A DNA stretch of 64,000 nucleotides from an uncultured archaeon (GTDB lineage Archaea > Iainarchaeota > Iainarchaeia > Iainarchaeales > DTGL01), in assembly GCA_964551725.1 (NCBI GenBank), contig CAZKED010000003.1, positions 27,002-91,001 of the forward strand, in the 5' to 3' direction. Below the pieces are notes generated by a model. It had not been told where the DNA came from, made no database searches, and saw only the letters and a list, made by a program, of their open reading frames with translations. A program made the position numbers and the translations under genes. This document shows, piece by piece, positions 1 to 8,274 of this stretch. How positions within the stretch are numbered: position 1 is the stretch's first letter; every line of letters starts with the position of its first letter.

Positions 1-2
1 CC

Positions 3-134
3 TCGGATCAGGGGAAAGCCAGGGAGATGATTGAAAAATCCGGGCAGATGGGCGTTCCCGTAACAGACATTGACGGCAGCATTGTCGTGGGATACGATGT
101 CCCGAAACTGAAAGTGCTCCTGAACATTGAATAA
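3..134 (+). CDS. Glutaredoxin/NrdH-like protein, C-terminal part (truncated by window start)
   Basis: Frame 3 reads SDQGKAREMIEKSGQMGVPVTDIDGSIVVGYDVPKLKVLLNIE*; the SGQMGVPV..IVVGYD motif is typical of YruB/NrdH glutaredoxins. Confidence 0.85.
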   Translation, partial: SDQGKAREMIEKSGQMGVPVTDIDGSIVVGYDVPKLKVLLNIE

Positions 135-174
135 GGACACTGAAAATTCAACACTTTAAGAAGGAGGTTTGTTC

Positions 175-351
175 ATGGCAAAAGTTGAACTGGACGAGAA
201 CAAGTGCATCGGCTGCGGCACCTGCGTTGCGCTATGCCCTGCGAATTTTGAAATGAGCGGCGCAAAAGCGAAAGTGAAATCCGCGGAGGACAGCGGCTGC
301 GCGAAGCAGGCCGCGGAAAACTGCCCTGTTTCCGCGATTTCCGTGAAATGA
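175..351 (+). CDS. Monocluster ferredoxin
   Basis: CIGCGTC...CP...CP motif; SD aaggagg upstream of ATG 175. Confidence 0.92.
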   Translation: MAKVELDENKCIGCGTCVALCPANFEMSGAKAKVKSAEDSGCAKQAAENCPVSAISVK

Positions 352-364
352 TTACGCGATTTTA

Positions 365-661
365 ATGGTTTCAAAAGAGGAAATTGAAAAAGCGCTTCAC
401 AGCGTGATCGACCCCGAAATAGGGCTTAACGTAGTGGAACTCGGGTTCATTTACGATATCCGAGTGAAAGACGGGAATGTAACGATTGAAATGACTTTGA
501 CCAATCCAATGTGCCCTATGCAGGGAATGATTACGGGGGATGTTGAAAAAGCAGTGGCAAAAATTCCAGGGATTTCAAGGGCGGAGGTAAAACTCGTGTT
601 CAATCCACGCTGGACTCCTGAAAGAATGACCGCAAAAGCGAGAAAAAAACTCGGGCTCTGA
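365..661 (+). CDS. Fe-S assembly protein SufT/PaaD-like (DUF59)
   Basis: DPEIGLNVVELG, MTLTNPMCP and PRWTPERM motifs. Confidence 0.92.
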   Translation: MVSKEEIEKALHSVIDPEIGLNVVELGFIYDIRVKDGNVTIEMTLTNPMCPMQGMITGDVEKAVAKIPGISRAEVKLVFNPRWTPERMTAKARKKLGL

Positions 662-665
662 TTTT

Positions 666-983
666 TCACTCGCGGAATTCTTCCTCGCCCGCTGCTTCCA
701 GCGCGCCCATCGCTTCATCTTCCGTGGGCTTTATTCCCGCTCTCCTTGAACGCGTGATTTTTCCCAGTTTCACGAGGGCAATGCCCGCCCATACCGCTTC
801 GAGTATTGCGAACATTATTGCCGCTGCGCCGAGCCAGATGGCGTACACAAGCATTAACAGCGCGCCGAACAAGTTCATGAAATTGAAGACGTAATCGTCG
901 TCGCTCCACTTGTTGAATTCGTCCATGAAGAACGCTATGAGTATAAGGCACAGTCCACCGGCGCCAATCCATTCAAAAACCAT
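666..983 (-). CDS. Small membrane protein (CBU_0592-like)
   Basis: Three hydrophobic helices; FNFMNLFGA..YA..LEAVW pattern. Confidence 0.7.
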   Translation of the reverse strand: MVFEWIGAGGLCLILIAFFMDEFNKWSDDDYVFNFMNLFGALLMLVYAIWLGAAAIMFAILEAVWAGIALVKLGKITRSRRAGIKPTEDEAMGALEAAGEEEFRE

Positions 984-1054
984 TTTTTCCCCGCTCCGAT
1001 AAATGTTTATAATTAGATTACCCCTATTTCATATAAATAACTTGCGGTGAGGAA

Positions 1055-1285
1055 ATGGGCGTATTCAACAGACCGGGCGTTTTCAGGGCCAGACCAAAGA
1101 GCCCGAAAAGAACGGAAGTAAAGAGCCCTCCGGGCTACACCGGTCCTAAAATTTTCTGCCATCCCGGAAAGTCCAATCCTTGGAGATACGAAAACGGAAC
1201 TCCTGTAACCGACCCAAAAACCCTTTTAGAACTTGAAAAGCACGCGGGACACCTAGCCCGCCCCCACTTCGACCAATATGATTAA
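1055..1285 (+). CDS. Orphan basic protein, 76 aa
   Basis: Fills the intergenic gap; AT-rich tataaata and ggtgagg upstream; no recognisable family. Confidence 0.6.
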   Translation: MGVFNRPGVFRARPKSPKRTEVKSPPGYTGPKIFCHPGKSNPWRYENGTPVTDPKTLLELEKHAGHLARPHFDQYD

Positions 1286-1318
1286 ATAACTGGTTGCCCT
1301 TCTTTTTTTGGGAGTTTA

Positions 1319-1465
1319 ATGGAGAAGAAGTTCTGGCGCTGCAATGTGTGCAACGACATACATTACGGCGTTGCCGGTCCGGAGCTATGCCCTACCTGCA
1401 ACACGAAAAACGCGTACGTTGAGATTGACGAGGCGGAAGCGAAAAAGGTAATGGGTTTTGCATGA
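1319..1465 (+). CDS. Rubredoxin-like protein, 48 aa (not in ORF track)
   Basis: MEKKFWRCNVCNDIHYGVAGPELCPTCNTKNAYVEIDEAEAKKVMGFA*; two CxxC; ggag SD; ATGA overlap with next gene. Confidence 0.88.
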   Translation: MEKKFWRCNVCNDIHYGVAGPELCPTCNTKNAYVEIDEAEAKKVMGFA

Positions 1466-1731
1466 ACAGGGAAGAAATACTGAAAGCATTCCAGGCATTT
1501 ACTGAAAAGAACGATTTTGAACTGAACGCCGAAAAAGAGTTTCTGGGCAAGCTCATCGACGGAATCCTTGAAAACGAAAAAAGGTTCGGATTGAAGCTCT
1601 GCCCCTGCCGCATCCGCGACGGAACAAAGGAGCGCGATTTGCTGCTGATCTGTCCGTGCAATTTCAAGGCGCAGGACACCTGGCGCGAGCAAGGGCGCTG
1701 TTGGTGCGGGTTGTTTGTTAAAAGGCAGTGA
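1462..1731 (+). CDS. Ferredoxin-thioredoxin reductase catalytic subunit
   Basis: CPC...CPC...CWCGLF motifs. Confidence 0.92.
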   Translation: MNREEILKAFQAFTEKNDFELNAEKEFLGKLIDGILENEKRFGLKLCPCRIRDGTKERDLLLICPCNFKAQDTWREQGRCWCGLFVKRQ

Positions 1732-1810
1732 AAGGGGAATTTTCTGACATGCCGAAAAGGAATTCAAAAAAGTTAAATAAATTTCTGCTGTTTTTTCCGT
1801 TGGTGATTCA

Positions 1811-2002
1811 ATGGTTATGGACAAATGCCCGAAATGCGGTTCGACGGAAATAAGCAAGGGAGCGGTCGCGGGCGCAAGAATTCTTTATAAGTCTTCAGAT
1901 ACCAAAAAGGACTTTTTTGGAGGCGCAAACTGGTTCACTCCTTTTGCCTGCAAAAACTGCGGCTATGTTGAATTCTACGTTGACGCAAGCAAGCTTAAAT
2001 AA
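1811..2002 (+). CDS. Small zinc-ribbon protein (paralog 1)
   Basis: CPKCGS...CKNCGYVEFY. Confidence 0.85.
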   Translation: MVMDKCPKCGSTEISKGAVAGARILYKSSDTKKDFFGGANWFTPFACKNCGYVEFYVDASKLK

Positions 2003-2039
2003 ACAAAGAAGCTGATGTTAAAAGTCTGCAAGAATTGAG

Positions 2040-2123
2040 TGCACGGGGGCGGATTCGGACCGCCGAACGCACTAAGCGACGAGATCTTGAGTCTCGCGGG
2101 TTTGGCCACTTCCCTACCCGTGC
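2040..2123 (-). tRNA. tRNA-Leu(CAA), T-loop variant
   Basis: Acceptor GCACGGG/CCCGTGC+A, anticodon arm CGAGA-CTCAAGA-TCTCG, long variable arm, T arm GGCGG-TCCGAAT-CCGCC; no CCA. Confidence 0.92.
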
Positions 2124-2249
2124 AACACTGCGCGCATTGTCTGGTATTGCAGAAGTAATAATAAGTTGGAAAAGGAAATTAATAAATCTGCCGCTTTGCT
2201 TTCACTCGCGTTTTTGCGCCGCCTTTTCGCCGCCTTTGCGGTGCCTTTC

Positions 2250-2630
2250 CTACTTTATGTCGAGTATTTGACCTGCCCGAATCAACAGACCCTTTGCTTT
2301 GAGGAATACCGCGCCCGAATCGCCTTCTTCTAGCGCCCGCACCCTGCGCCCGTTCTGCTGGACTTCCCTTATTTTGAAATCCTGTTCGCCGAGCAGCACC
2401 CTGTTTTTTGAAGTGATTCTCCCGCGGAGCAGTGTGCCTTTGACCATGGCAAGGTCGTGCACTTCGTAATAGCCGGAAACCTCGAAAGCGTTGTTTTCAA
2501 CGCTCGCTGCTTTTTTCTCCTGCCGTATTTCCTCTATTTCAAGGTCAATCTTTTTCTTCTGGTGCTCGGGAACGCACACGCCTAACCTGTGCTCTTTCCT
2601 CGGCTTTGCCAAAACCTGCATTATTCCCAT
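2250..2630 (-). CDS. EF-Tu domain-II-like beta-barrel protein (Pbp11-like putative tRNA binder)
   Basis: FEVSGYYEV..MVKGTLLRGRI..IREVQQNGRRVRALEEGDSGAVFL resembles the EF-Tu/EF1A domain 2 pattern; start uncertain. Confidence 0.65.
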   Translation of the reverse strand: MGIMQVLAKPRKEHRLGVCVPEHQKKKIDLEIEEIRQEKKAASVENNAFEVSGYYEVHDLAMVKGTLLRGRITSKNRVLLGEQDFKIREVQQNGRRVRALEEGDSGAVFLKAKGLLIRAGQILDIK

Positions 2631-2711
2631 CTGACCACCTGCAAACACGCCTATAATTAACTTTCTTCCTAAAAACGATTAAAAAAGTTGCCTTGGACAG
2701 GAAAACCGGGT

Positions 2712-2978
2712 TCAGGAGCGCTCAATGCTGGATTTGCCCATTTCGAGTATCTGGCCTGTAAGAAGGAGAATCCAGCCCACGACAAGAAGAATGATTGTGT
2801 AAGGGGTGAGGTCCAGTGGATGAGTGGCGCGCAGCACGAAATGCCAGTCAATTATGCTGAGAATCAGGGCAATTGAAATGAGAATAAAAGAGGTTCCCTC
2901 GTACTTCCTGCCCCTCCGGAGCTTGCGGTATTCCGCCTCATAGCGCTTCTTGTAATAGTCCCTTTCCCTTACGACCAT
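2712..2978 (-). CDS. Hypothetical membrane protein, 2 TM
   Basis: Basic N-terminus then two hydrophobic segments. Confidence 0.7.
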   Translation of the reverse strand: MVVRERDYYKKRYEAEYRKLRRGRKYEGTSFILISIALILSIIDWHFVLRATHPLDLTPYTIILLVVGWILLLTGQILEMGKSSIERS

Positions 2979-3214
2979 GGAGTTCAGGTAATTTAATGTT
3001 CCCGAGGTATTTATTTCTTTCTCCGGTGCAATTCTGCCTCAAAGAATAAAATCAGTCCCTTTCAAGGAGAACAATCCTGCCGCGGTCTCCGCCCATTCCA
3101 TTTCCTCCAGAACATAAAAATAGCAACAGTGCGGATTTATATAGGCAAGGTTAAACGAAAAGCAACCTTTTGGTTTAAAAATTAAGCAAAACGGGCGGAA
3201 AAGGTTAATTTTTC

Positions 3215-3316
3215 TCATATTATTTCGAGCGCCTGCAGCAAAGCCATAAGCAGCATTCCCAAAATCACGCCAAGCAAAAAAACCATTGAATGCTTTGACT
3301 TATACTTGTACTCCAT
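3215..3316 (-). CDS. Putative single-TM microprotein, 33 aa (not in ORF track)
   Basis: MEYKYKSKHSMVFLLGVILGMLLMALLQALEII*; gtggt upstream; AT-rich promoter region shared with 3408. Confidence 0.5.
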   Translation of the reverse strand: MEYKYKSKHSMVFLLGVILGMLLMALLQALEII

Positions 3317-3407
3317 TAAAACCACTGCAAAGCGTAAACAAATAAAATAACGCTTTTAAATATAAAAACCTTTCCTCTTCCCTTTACTGGTATAATGGAG
3401 TGTTTTT

Positions 3408-3611
3408 ATGGAGATGAGTGAATGCCCCAAGTGCGGTTCAAGGGAGATAGACAGGGGAAGGATTACGTCAAGCAGCTGGCAGCCGAGGTACATATCGGAC
3501 AAGCAGAAGGCGCTTAAAATACCCCCCAAAGTCATTTCCTGCGTCTGCCTGCATTGTGGGTACGTTGAACTTTACACCGACGCGGAAAAGGTAAGGGAGA
3601 ACAGGAAGTAA
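3408..3611 (+). CDS. Small zinc-ribbon protein (paralog 2)
   Basis: CPKCGS...CLHCGYVELY; aligns with 1811..2002. Confidence 0.85.
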   Translation: MEMSECPKCGSREIDRGRITSSSWQPRYISDKQKALKIPPKVISCVCLHCGYVELYTDAEKVRENRK

Positions 3612-3647
3612 TAGCAAAACCAGAGGCCTGATCCGCGCAGGGAAAAG

Positions 3648-3734
3648 CGGAGGGGGCGGGATTTGAACCCGCGCGGGCACAATGCCCAGCAGCTTAGCAG
3701 GCTGCCGCCGTAGACCGGACTGGGCCACCCCTCC
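3648..3734 (-). tRNA. tRNA-Ser(GCT)
   Basis: Acceptor GGAGGGG/CCCCTCC+G, anticodon arm GCAGC-CTGCTAA-GCTGC, long variable arm, GGTTCAAATCC. Confidence 0.95.
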
Positions 3735-3803
3735 ATTCAGCAGCCGGGCACTAATTAAATGCATGGAAAAGTATTAAAAAAAGGAATTGCCAAAGTCTAA
3801 TGT

Positions 3804-4142
3804 ATGCCCAGTGAATGGGAAATAAGGAAACTCGAGGAAGAGAAGGCGGAAGAAGCCGCCGAAAAAATGAGAGCCCCGTCGCCGCATTTCGCGGTAATGA
3901 TAGGCCTGCTCATGGGTTTCACTGCGTTCTTTATAACTGTTTTTTCAATTCCGTTTATGGGAATCATAGCGGGATGGGCCTTTGTTCTCGTTGTAATGAA
4001 CCTTTCCTACCTCGCCGTCTATCCCGAGGTATTCAAGAGGGTTACCGCAGGCGACCTGTGGTACATTATAGTGGACCTCTCGTTTTTTGTCGCGGGATAC
4101 GCGGTAGGCGCTCTGACCTATTTCCTGCTGTCGCTCAAATGA
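3804..4142 (+). CDS. Hypothetical membrane protein, 3 TM
   Basis: Charged N-terminus followed by hydrophobic helices. Confidence 0.7.
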   Translation: MPSEWEIRKLEEEKAEEAAEKMRAPSPHFAVMIGLLMGFTAFFITVFSIPFMGIIAGWAFVLVVMNLSYLAVYPEVFKRVTAGDLWYIIVDLSFFVAGYAVGALTYFLLSLK

Positions 4143-4213
4143 GCTCGAAAAGAGGCATAAAAAAACATTTAAACAATTGCCTGGTTTTTATTCTATAAGA
4201 AAAAGGTGTGGAA

Positions 4214-5989
4214 ATGCGCACTCCAAAAATCACACTGAGAAAAATTTATTCCGGCGACAGGGTTGCGGAAATAGGCGATGATACAATAACAATAAGCGTT
4301 AACGTAAACCTGAGCGAAAAAAAAGCGCTTGCTTCCGCCAGAAAACTCCTGAGAAAGGGCGAAAAGCCCGTGCGCCTTACAATAAGCCTGTGCCCCGAAT
4401 GCTATGAGGAGAAAAAGTATTCGGAGATGCGCGTGCCAGCGCTGATTTTCGAACGCGACAGCGAAATATGGATGCGCAAAAAATGCAGCAAGCACGGCAC
4501 TATTGAAGAAAAATACTGGGAGGACGCTGGTTACTATTACAGGCAGATGTTTTACGCTGACCCCGGCATAGAGTTGGAAAAAGTGCAGGTGGACAAGCCC
4601 TTGAGGGAACTTCGCTGTCCCCTGGACTGCGGCCTCTGCAACCAGCATAAATCGCATACCTCGCTTGCGAACATTGTCGTAACAAACCGCTGCGATTTAA
4701 CCTGCTGGTACTGCTTTTTTTACGCCAAAAAAAACGACCCTATTTACGAGCCCTCAATGGAGCAGATACGAAAAATGCTCCGCGTGCTGCGCTCGGAAAG
4801 GCCTGTTTCGCCCAATGCAGTGCAGTTAACCGGGGGCGAACCCGCACTGCGAAAGGACATCGTGGACATAGTGAAACTGTGCAGGGAAGAGGGCTTCGAA
4901 CACGTGCAGTTCAACACCAACGCAATTGAACTCTCTCGAAAGCCGGCGCTTGCAAAAAAACTTGTGGACGCCGGCGCTAACGTGCTCTACCTGAGCTTTG
5001 ACGGCGTCACGCCGCAGTCCAATCCCAAGAACTTCTGGGAAATCCCAAAAGCGATTGAAAACGTGCGGAAGGCGAAAAACTGCGGCGTTGTTTTGGTTCC
5101 AACAGTAATAAACGGGGTGAACACGCACGAAATAGGGGACATTATACGCTATGCCGCAGCCAAGGTTGACATTGTGCGCGGAGTAAACTTCCAGCCGGTT
5201 TCCCTGGTCGGAATGATGCCGCACAACGAGCGAAAAAAACAGCGCATCACAATACCGAAAACAATAAAACTCATAGAAGAGCAGACCTCGGGGCAGATTA
5301 CGCTGGACGATTTTTACACCGTGCCCTGCGTTACCGCAATCACTAATTTCGTTGAATCCATTACACAGAAGCCGGAGTACAGGTTTTCAACACACTTTGT
5401 CTGCGGTGCCGCAACATATGCATTCATCGACGAGAAAAACGACTTTGTGCCCATCACGCGGTTCGTGGATGTCGAAGGACTGTTCGATTACCTCAACGGG
5501 CTTTCGAGGCAGATTAAAAAAATGCCCATTAAGAGCGTGGGAAAAGTTATAAGCGCGAGCAGGCTGTTGTACAACCTCAATTCATTCATCGACAGGGGGA
5601 AACAACCGAAGAACCTCGAACTGGGAAAGCTTCTCACCCGCGCGCTGATCTCAGGAACATACGACGGTTTAAAGGAATTCCATTACAAGAGCCTGTTCCT
5701 CGGAATGATGCATTTCCAGGACCTCTACAATTTCGACGTTGACCGCGTTGAAAGGTGCTGCATCCATTACGCCCTGCCGGACGGCAGGATTGTGCCTTTC
5801 TGCGCGCACAATGTTGTTCCAGAACTCTACCGCGACAAAGTGCAGAGGGAGTATTCCATTTCCCCGAAGGAATGGGAGAAAAGAAACCATGCAAAACTCA
5901 AGGACGACAGGTATGTGCGCAAGGTTACGGAAAAGGATACGAAAAGGATTCAAAAACATTACAGGGACGCAATTGAAAAATTCAAGTGA
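4214..5989 (+). CDS. tes: Radical SAM tetraether lipid synthase family (Tes/GDGT-MAS, MJ0619-like)
   Basis: SLCPEC..CSKHG, CPLDCGLCNQH, CDLTCWYC SAM motif, NFQPVS, C-terminal RCCIHY..PFC. Confidence 0.85.
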   Translation: MRTPKITLRKIYSGDRVAEIGDDTITISVNVNLSEKKALASARKLLRKGEKPVRLTISLCPECYEEKKYSEMRVPALIFERDSEIWMRKKCSKHGTIEEKYWEDAGYYYRQMFYADPGIELEKVQVDKPLRELRCPLDCGLCNQHKSHTSLANIVVTNRCDLTCWYCFFYAKKNDPIYEPSMEQIRKMLRVLRSERPVSPNAVQLTGGEPALRKDIVDIVKLCREEGFEHVQFNTNAIELSRKPALAKKLVDAGANVLYLSFDGVTPQSNPKNFWEIPKAIENVRKAKNCGVVLVPTVINGVNTHEIGDIIRYAAAKVDIVRGVNFQPVSLVGMMPHNERKKQRITIPKTIKLIEEQTSGQITLDDFYTVPCVTAITNFVESITQKPEYRFSTHFVCGAATYAFIDEKNDFVPITRFVDVEGLFDYLNGLSRQIKKMPIKSVGKVISASRLLYNLNSFIDRGKQPKNLELGKLLTRALISGTYDGLKEFHYKSLFLGMMHFQDLYNFDVDRVERCCIHYALPDGRIVPFCAHNVVPELYRDKVQREYSISPKEWEKRNHAKLKDDRYVRKVTEKDTKRIQKHYRDAIEKFK

Positions 5990-6003
5990 TTCTTTTTACC
6001 TGC

Positions 6004-6513
6004 TTATTTTATCATGTCCGCCACGCTTGCGCTCATTGACGCCGGAAAGGAAACAATTGCGGCACGGCTGAATGCCACAAGAGGAGCGGAATCCCAGGGA
6101 GCCCGCTGTATCAGCGTTAAAAGCGCGGATACAACCAAAAAGGAAACAAAATAGGTAACCACAACTCTTTTGACGAATTCCGGCCAGTGCCTTTTCATTT
6201 GCCCGCGGTAATAGTTGTAGTAAACAAAGGAACTTATGAAAACAAGGGAGACGAACAGGAGCCCCAAAACGTTCTGCAGGGGCAGTGTTTCCCCGAGCCT
6301 CCACGTTTCCTCCGTGAAAGCGACAGGAATAGCCAGAATTGACGCGCCGACAATGACCTGCATCACATCCCTCGGATAAAACCTGACCATTACCGGCTTT
6401 ATCATTTTGTGCAGTACCTTTCCCTTTTTGTCAAAGACAGTTACAAGCTCTGAGGGATGGCCCAAAACGCTTATAATCTCTTTCGTGCTCCTGAGCTTCT
6501 TTTCCTCGGGCAT
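6004..6513 (-). CDS. DUF2391 (TIGR02587-like) membrane protein
   Basis: DVMQVIVGASILAIPVAFTEETW and FPASMSA motifs. Confidence 0.8.
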   Translation of the reverse strand: MPEEKKLRSTKEIISVLGHPSELVTVFDKKGKVLHKMIKPVMVRFYPRDVMQVIVGASILAIPVAFTEETWRLGETLPLQNVLGLLFVSLVFISSFVYYNYYRGQMKRHWPEFVKRVVVTYFVSFLVVSALLTLIQRAPWDSAPLVAFSRAAIVSFPASMSASVADMIK

Positions 6514-6576
6514 TCAGTATTATTGGAAAAGCAATCTTTTTAAGCAGTAAAGGGCTATTCTAAAAGGGTGGTTTGA

Positions 6577-7023
6577 GTGTTAAAATGCTTCAAGAAACTC
6601 AACTGGAAGAAAATAATAATATCAACAGTCCTGGGGGGAATTGCTCTCTTTGTGCTTTCATTTGTTTTCACGGCGATTTGGAGTGCATTGTTCCCGCAGT
6701 ACAATATTTTCAGCATCGGGGGAATGCGGTCGGTTGACGACCCGGTGCTGGCGTGGTTTTATGCCTACCCTTTCGTTCTGGCTTTCTTTTTCAACATTGC
6801 CTACAGCATACTGCATACAGCGGTAAAGGAAGACACGTTATTCAAGCAGGGGCTTGCATTCGGCATAACGGTCTGGGTGCTATTTTCACTTTCAGGGTTG
6901 TTCCTTATATGGAGTTCAATGGACTACGGTGAAACCTTTTTGCTCACAAAATTCACAGGGGACCTTGTTTACTTCGCGGTGCTGGGAATAATTGCGGCGT
7001 GGACCTTCCGTGAATTCAAATGA
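6577..7023 (+). CDS. Membrane protein, 4 TM (DUF1761-like)
   Basis: Four helices; KQGLAFG pattern; family tentative. Confidence 0.65.
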   Translation: MLKCFKKLNWKKIIISTVLGGIALFVLSFVFTAIWSALFPQYNIFSIGGMRSVDDPVLAWFYAYPFVLAFFFNIAYSILHTAVKEDTLFKQGLAFGITVWVLFSLSGLFLIWSSMDYGETFLLTKFTGDLVYFAVLGIIAAWTFREFK

Positions 7024-7093
7024 AAACCCGTGCCCGCCAGGGGTAAAACATTAAAAGCGTTGCGCAAAAATATTAGTAGTAACATACAACAGT

Positions 7094-7165
7094 GCCTTGG
7101 TAGTCTAAAGGTTAGGATGCGGCCCTGTCGAGGCTGCGATTCGGGTTCGATTCCCGGCCAAGGCG
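7094..7165 (+). tRNA. tRNA-Asp(GTC)
   Basis: Acceptor GCCTTGG/CCAAGGC+G, anticodon loop CTGTCGA, GGTTCGATTCC. Confidence 0.95.
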
Positions 7166-7226
7166 AATCAGGCAATTGGCGAACTTCGGTTCGTCTTTTG
7201 CCATTCTGGTTTATGGGGGAAAGCAA

Positions 7227-8222
7227 ATGAGATTGGCTGCAACAATTCCATTGGCAGCATTGCTGCTCGCTTTTTCTTTCCTTTCCGGCTGCCCGCAGCA
7301 GCCGGACTGCGGGGGGCATTCCCTGGGAGAGCAATGGATTGCTGACGATAACTGCAACACCTGCACCTGCACCGAGCACGGAACAGCGTGCACTGAAATC
7401 GCATGTGAGCCGGAAGATTACTGCGAGGAAGCAGCGGACTGCGAGGAAAAAGACCTGGCGCACATAATGTGCGTGGGGCACTGGGAATGCGAAAACAACA
7501 AGTGCGCCTGGAAGTGCGAGGAATCCGACGCGGAGGGAACGGGCATGACGGAAATGGAAGCGAAGGAAATAGCGGAAAGGTACGTGCGCAAAATGGGGCA
7601 GTACAGGGAAAACACCGGAATAAACCTCAAGACCGCGAGTGCGGAGGAACTGGAGTGCAAGGGCTGCTGGGCACTGAAACTGGAATTCGATTTTTTGACG
7701 GACGAAAACGCAAAGGAAGTGAAAACCGCTTATGCGCTGGTTGAAATAAGGGAAGGCGAAGTGGCGGAGCACGCGATTTCAACCACGGGCTCGAGGGCTG
7801 TGGAAAAAGGAAACAACGTAAAAGTTCATTACGTTGGCACGCTTGATGATGGCACAGAATTCGATTCCTCGCTCGGCAAGGAACCGCTTGAGTTTGAGGC
7901 AGGAGCCGGAGAAATGATCGGGGGATTCGATGCCGCTGTGATAGGGATGGAAATTGGCGAGGAGAAGAACGTGCGCTTGCCTCCGGAGGAAGCTTATGGA
8001 GAATACAATCCCGCACTGGTAATGCTGGTTCCGAGGAAGCAGATAGTCATGGAACAGGAACTGGAAGCCGGGCTGATGGTTGCATTGAACCAGCCCGACG
8101 GAACGCTTGTGCCGGCAACAATCCTTGACTTCAATGCTGATTTTGTAAGACTGGACCTCAACCCGCCGCTGGCGGGAAAAGCGCTCAATTTCTGGATTAA
8201 GGTAGTGGAAATTTCGGGCTGA
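7227..8222 (+). CDS. Exported lipoprotein-like fusion: pacifastin-like Cys domain, second Cys domain, PepSY-like segment, SlyD-type FKBP PPIase
   Basis: Signal ending LSGC; CNTCTC..CTEIAC; VKVHYVGTLDDGTEFDSS..GFDAAVIGM..PPEEAYG..LNPPLAGKALNF. Confidence 0.85.
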   Translation: MRLAATIPLAALLLAFSFLSGCPQQPDCGGHSLGEQWIADDNCNTCTCTEHGTACTEIACEPEDYCEEAADCEEKDLAHIMCVGHWECENNKCAWKCEESDAEGTGMTEMEAKEIAERYVRKMGQYRENTGINLKTASAEELECKGCWALKLEFDFLTDENAKEVKTAYALVEIREGEVAEHAISTTGSRAVEKGNNVKVHYVGTLDDGTEFDSSLGKEPLEFEAGAGEMIGGFDAAVIGMEIGEEKNVRLPPEEAYGEYNPALVMLVPRKQIVMEQELEAGLMVALNQPDGTLVPATILDFNADFVRLDLNPPLAGKALNFWIKVVEISG

Positions 8223-8274
8223 GCAAAGACAGGCGCGAAAACAATTTAAAAAGCTTTCTTTGGGTTACTGCTGT

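Noticed and set aside
2035-2271. ORFs overlapping tRNAs (also 3468..3764, 7030..7230, 41980..42198)
   Set aside because: Explained by tRNA cloverleafs
3000-3210. Short ORFs or ncRNA in AT-rich gap
   Set aside because: Only ORFs of 20 aa or less and weak inverted repeats
2124-3647. Integrated element between tRNA-Leu and tRNA-Ser
   Set aside because: No integrase and no duplicated tRNA 3' end found by eye
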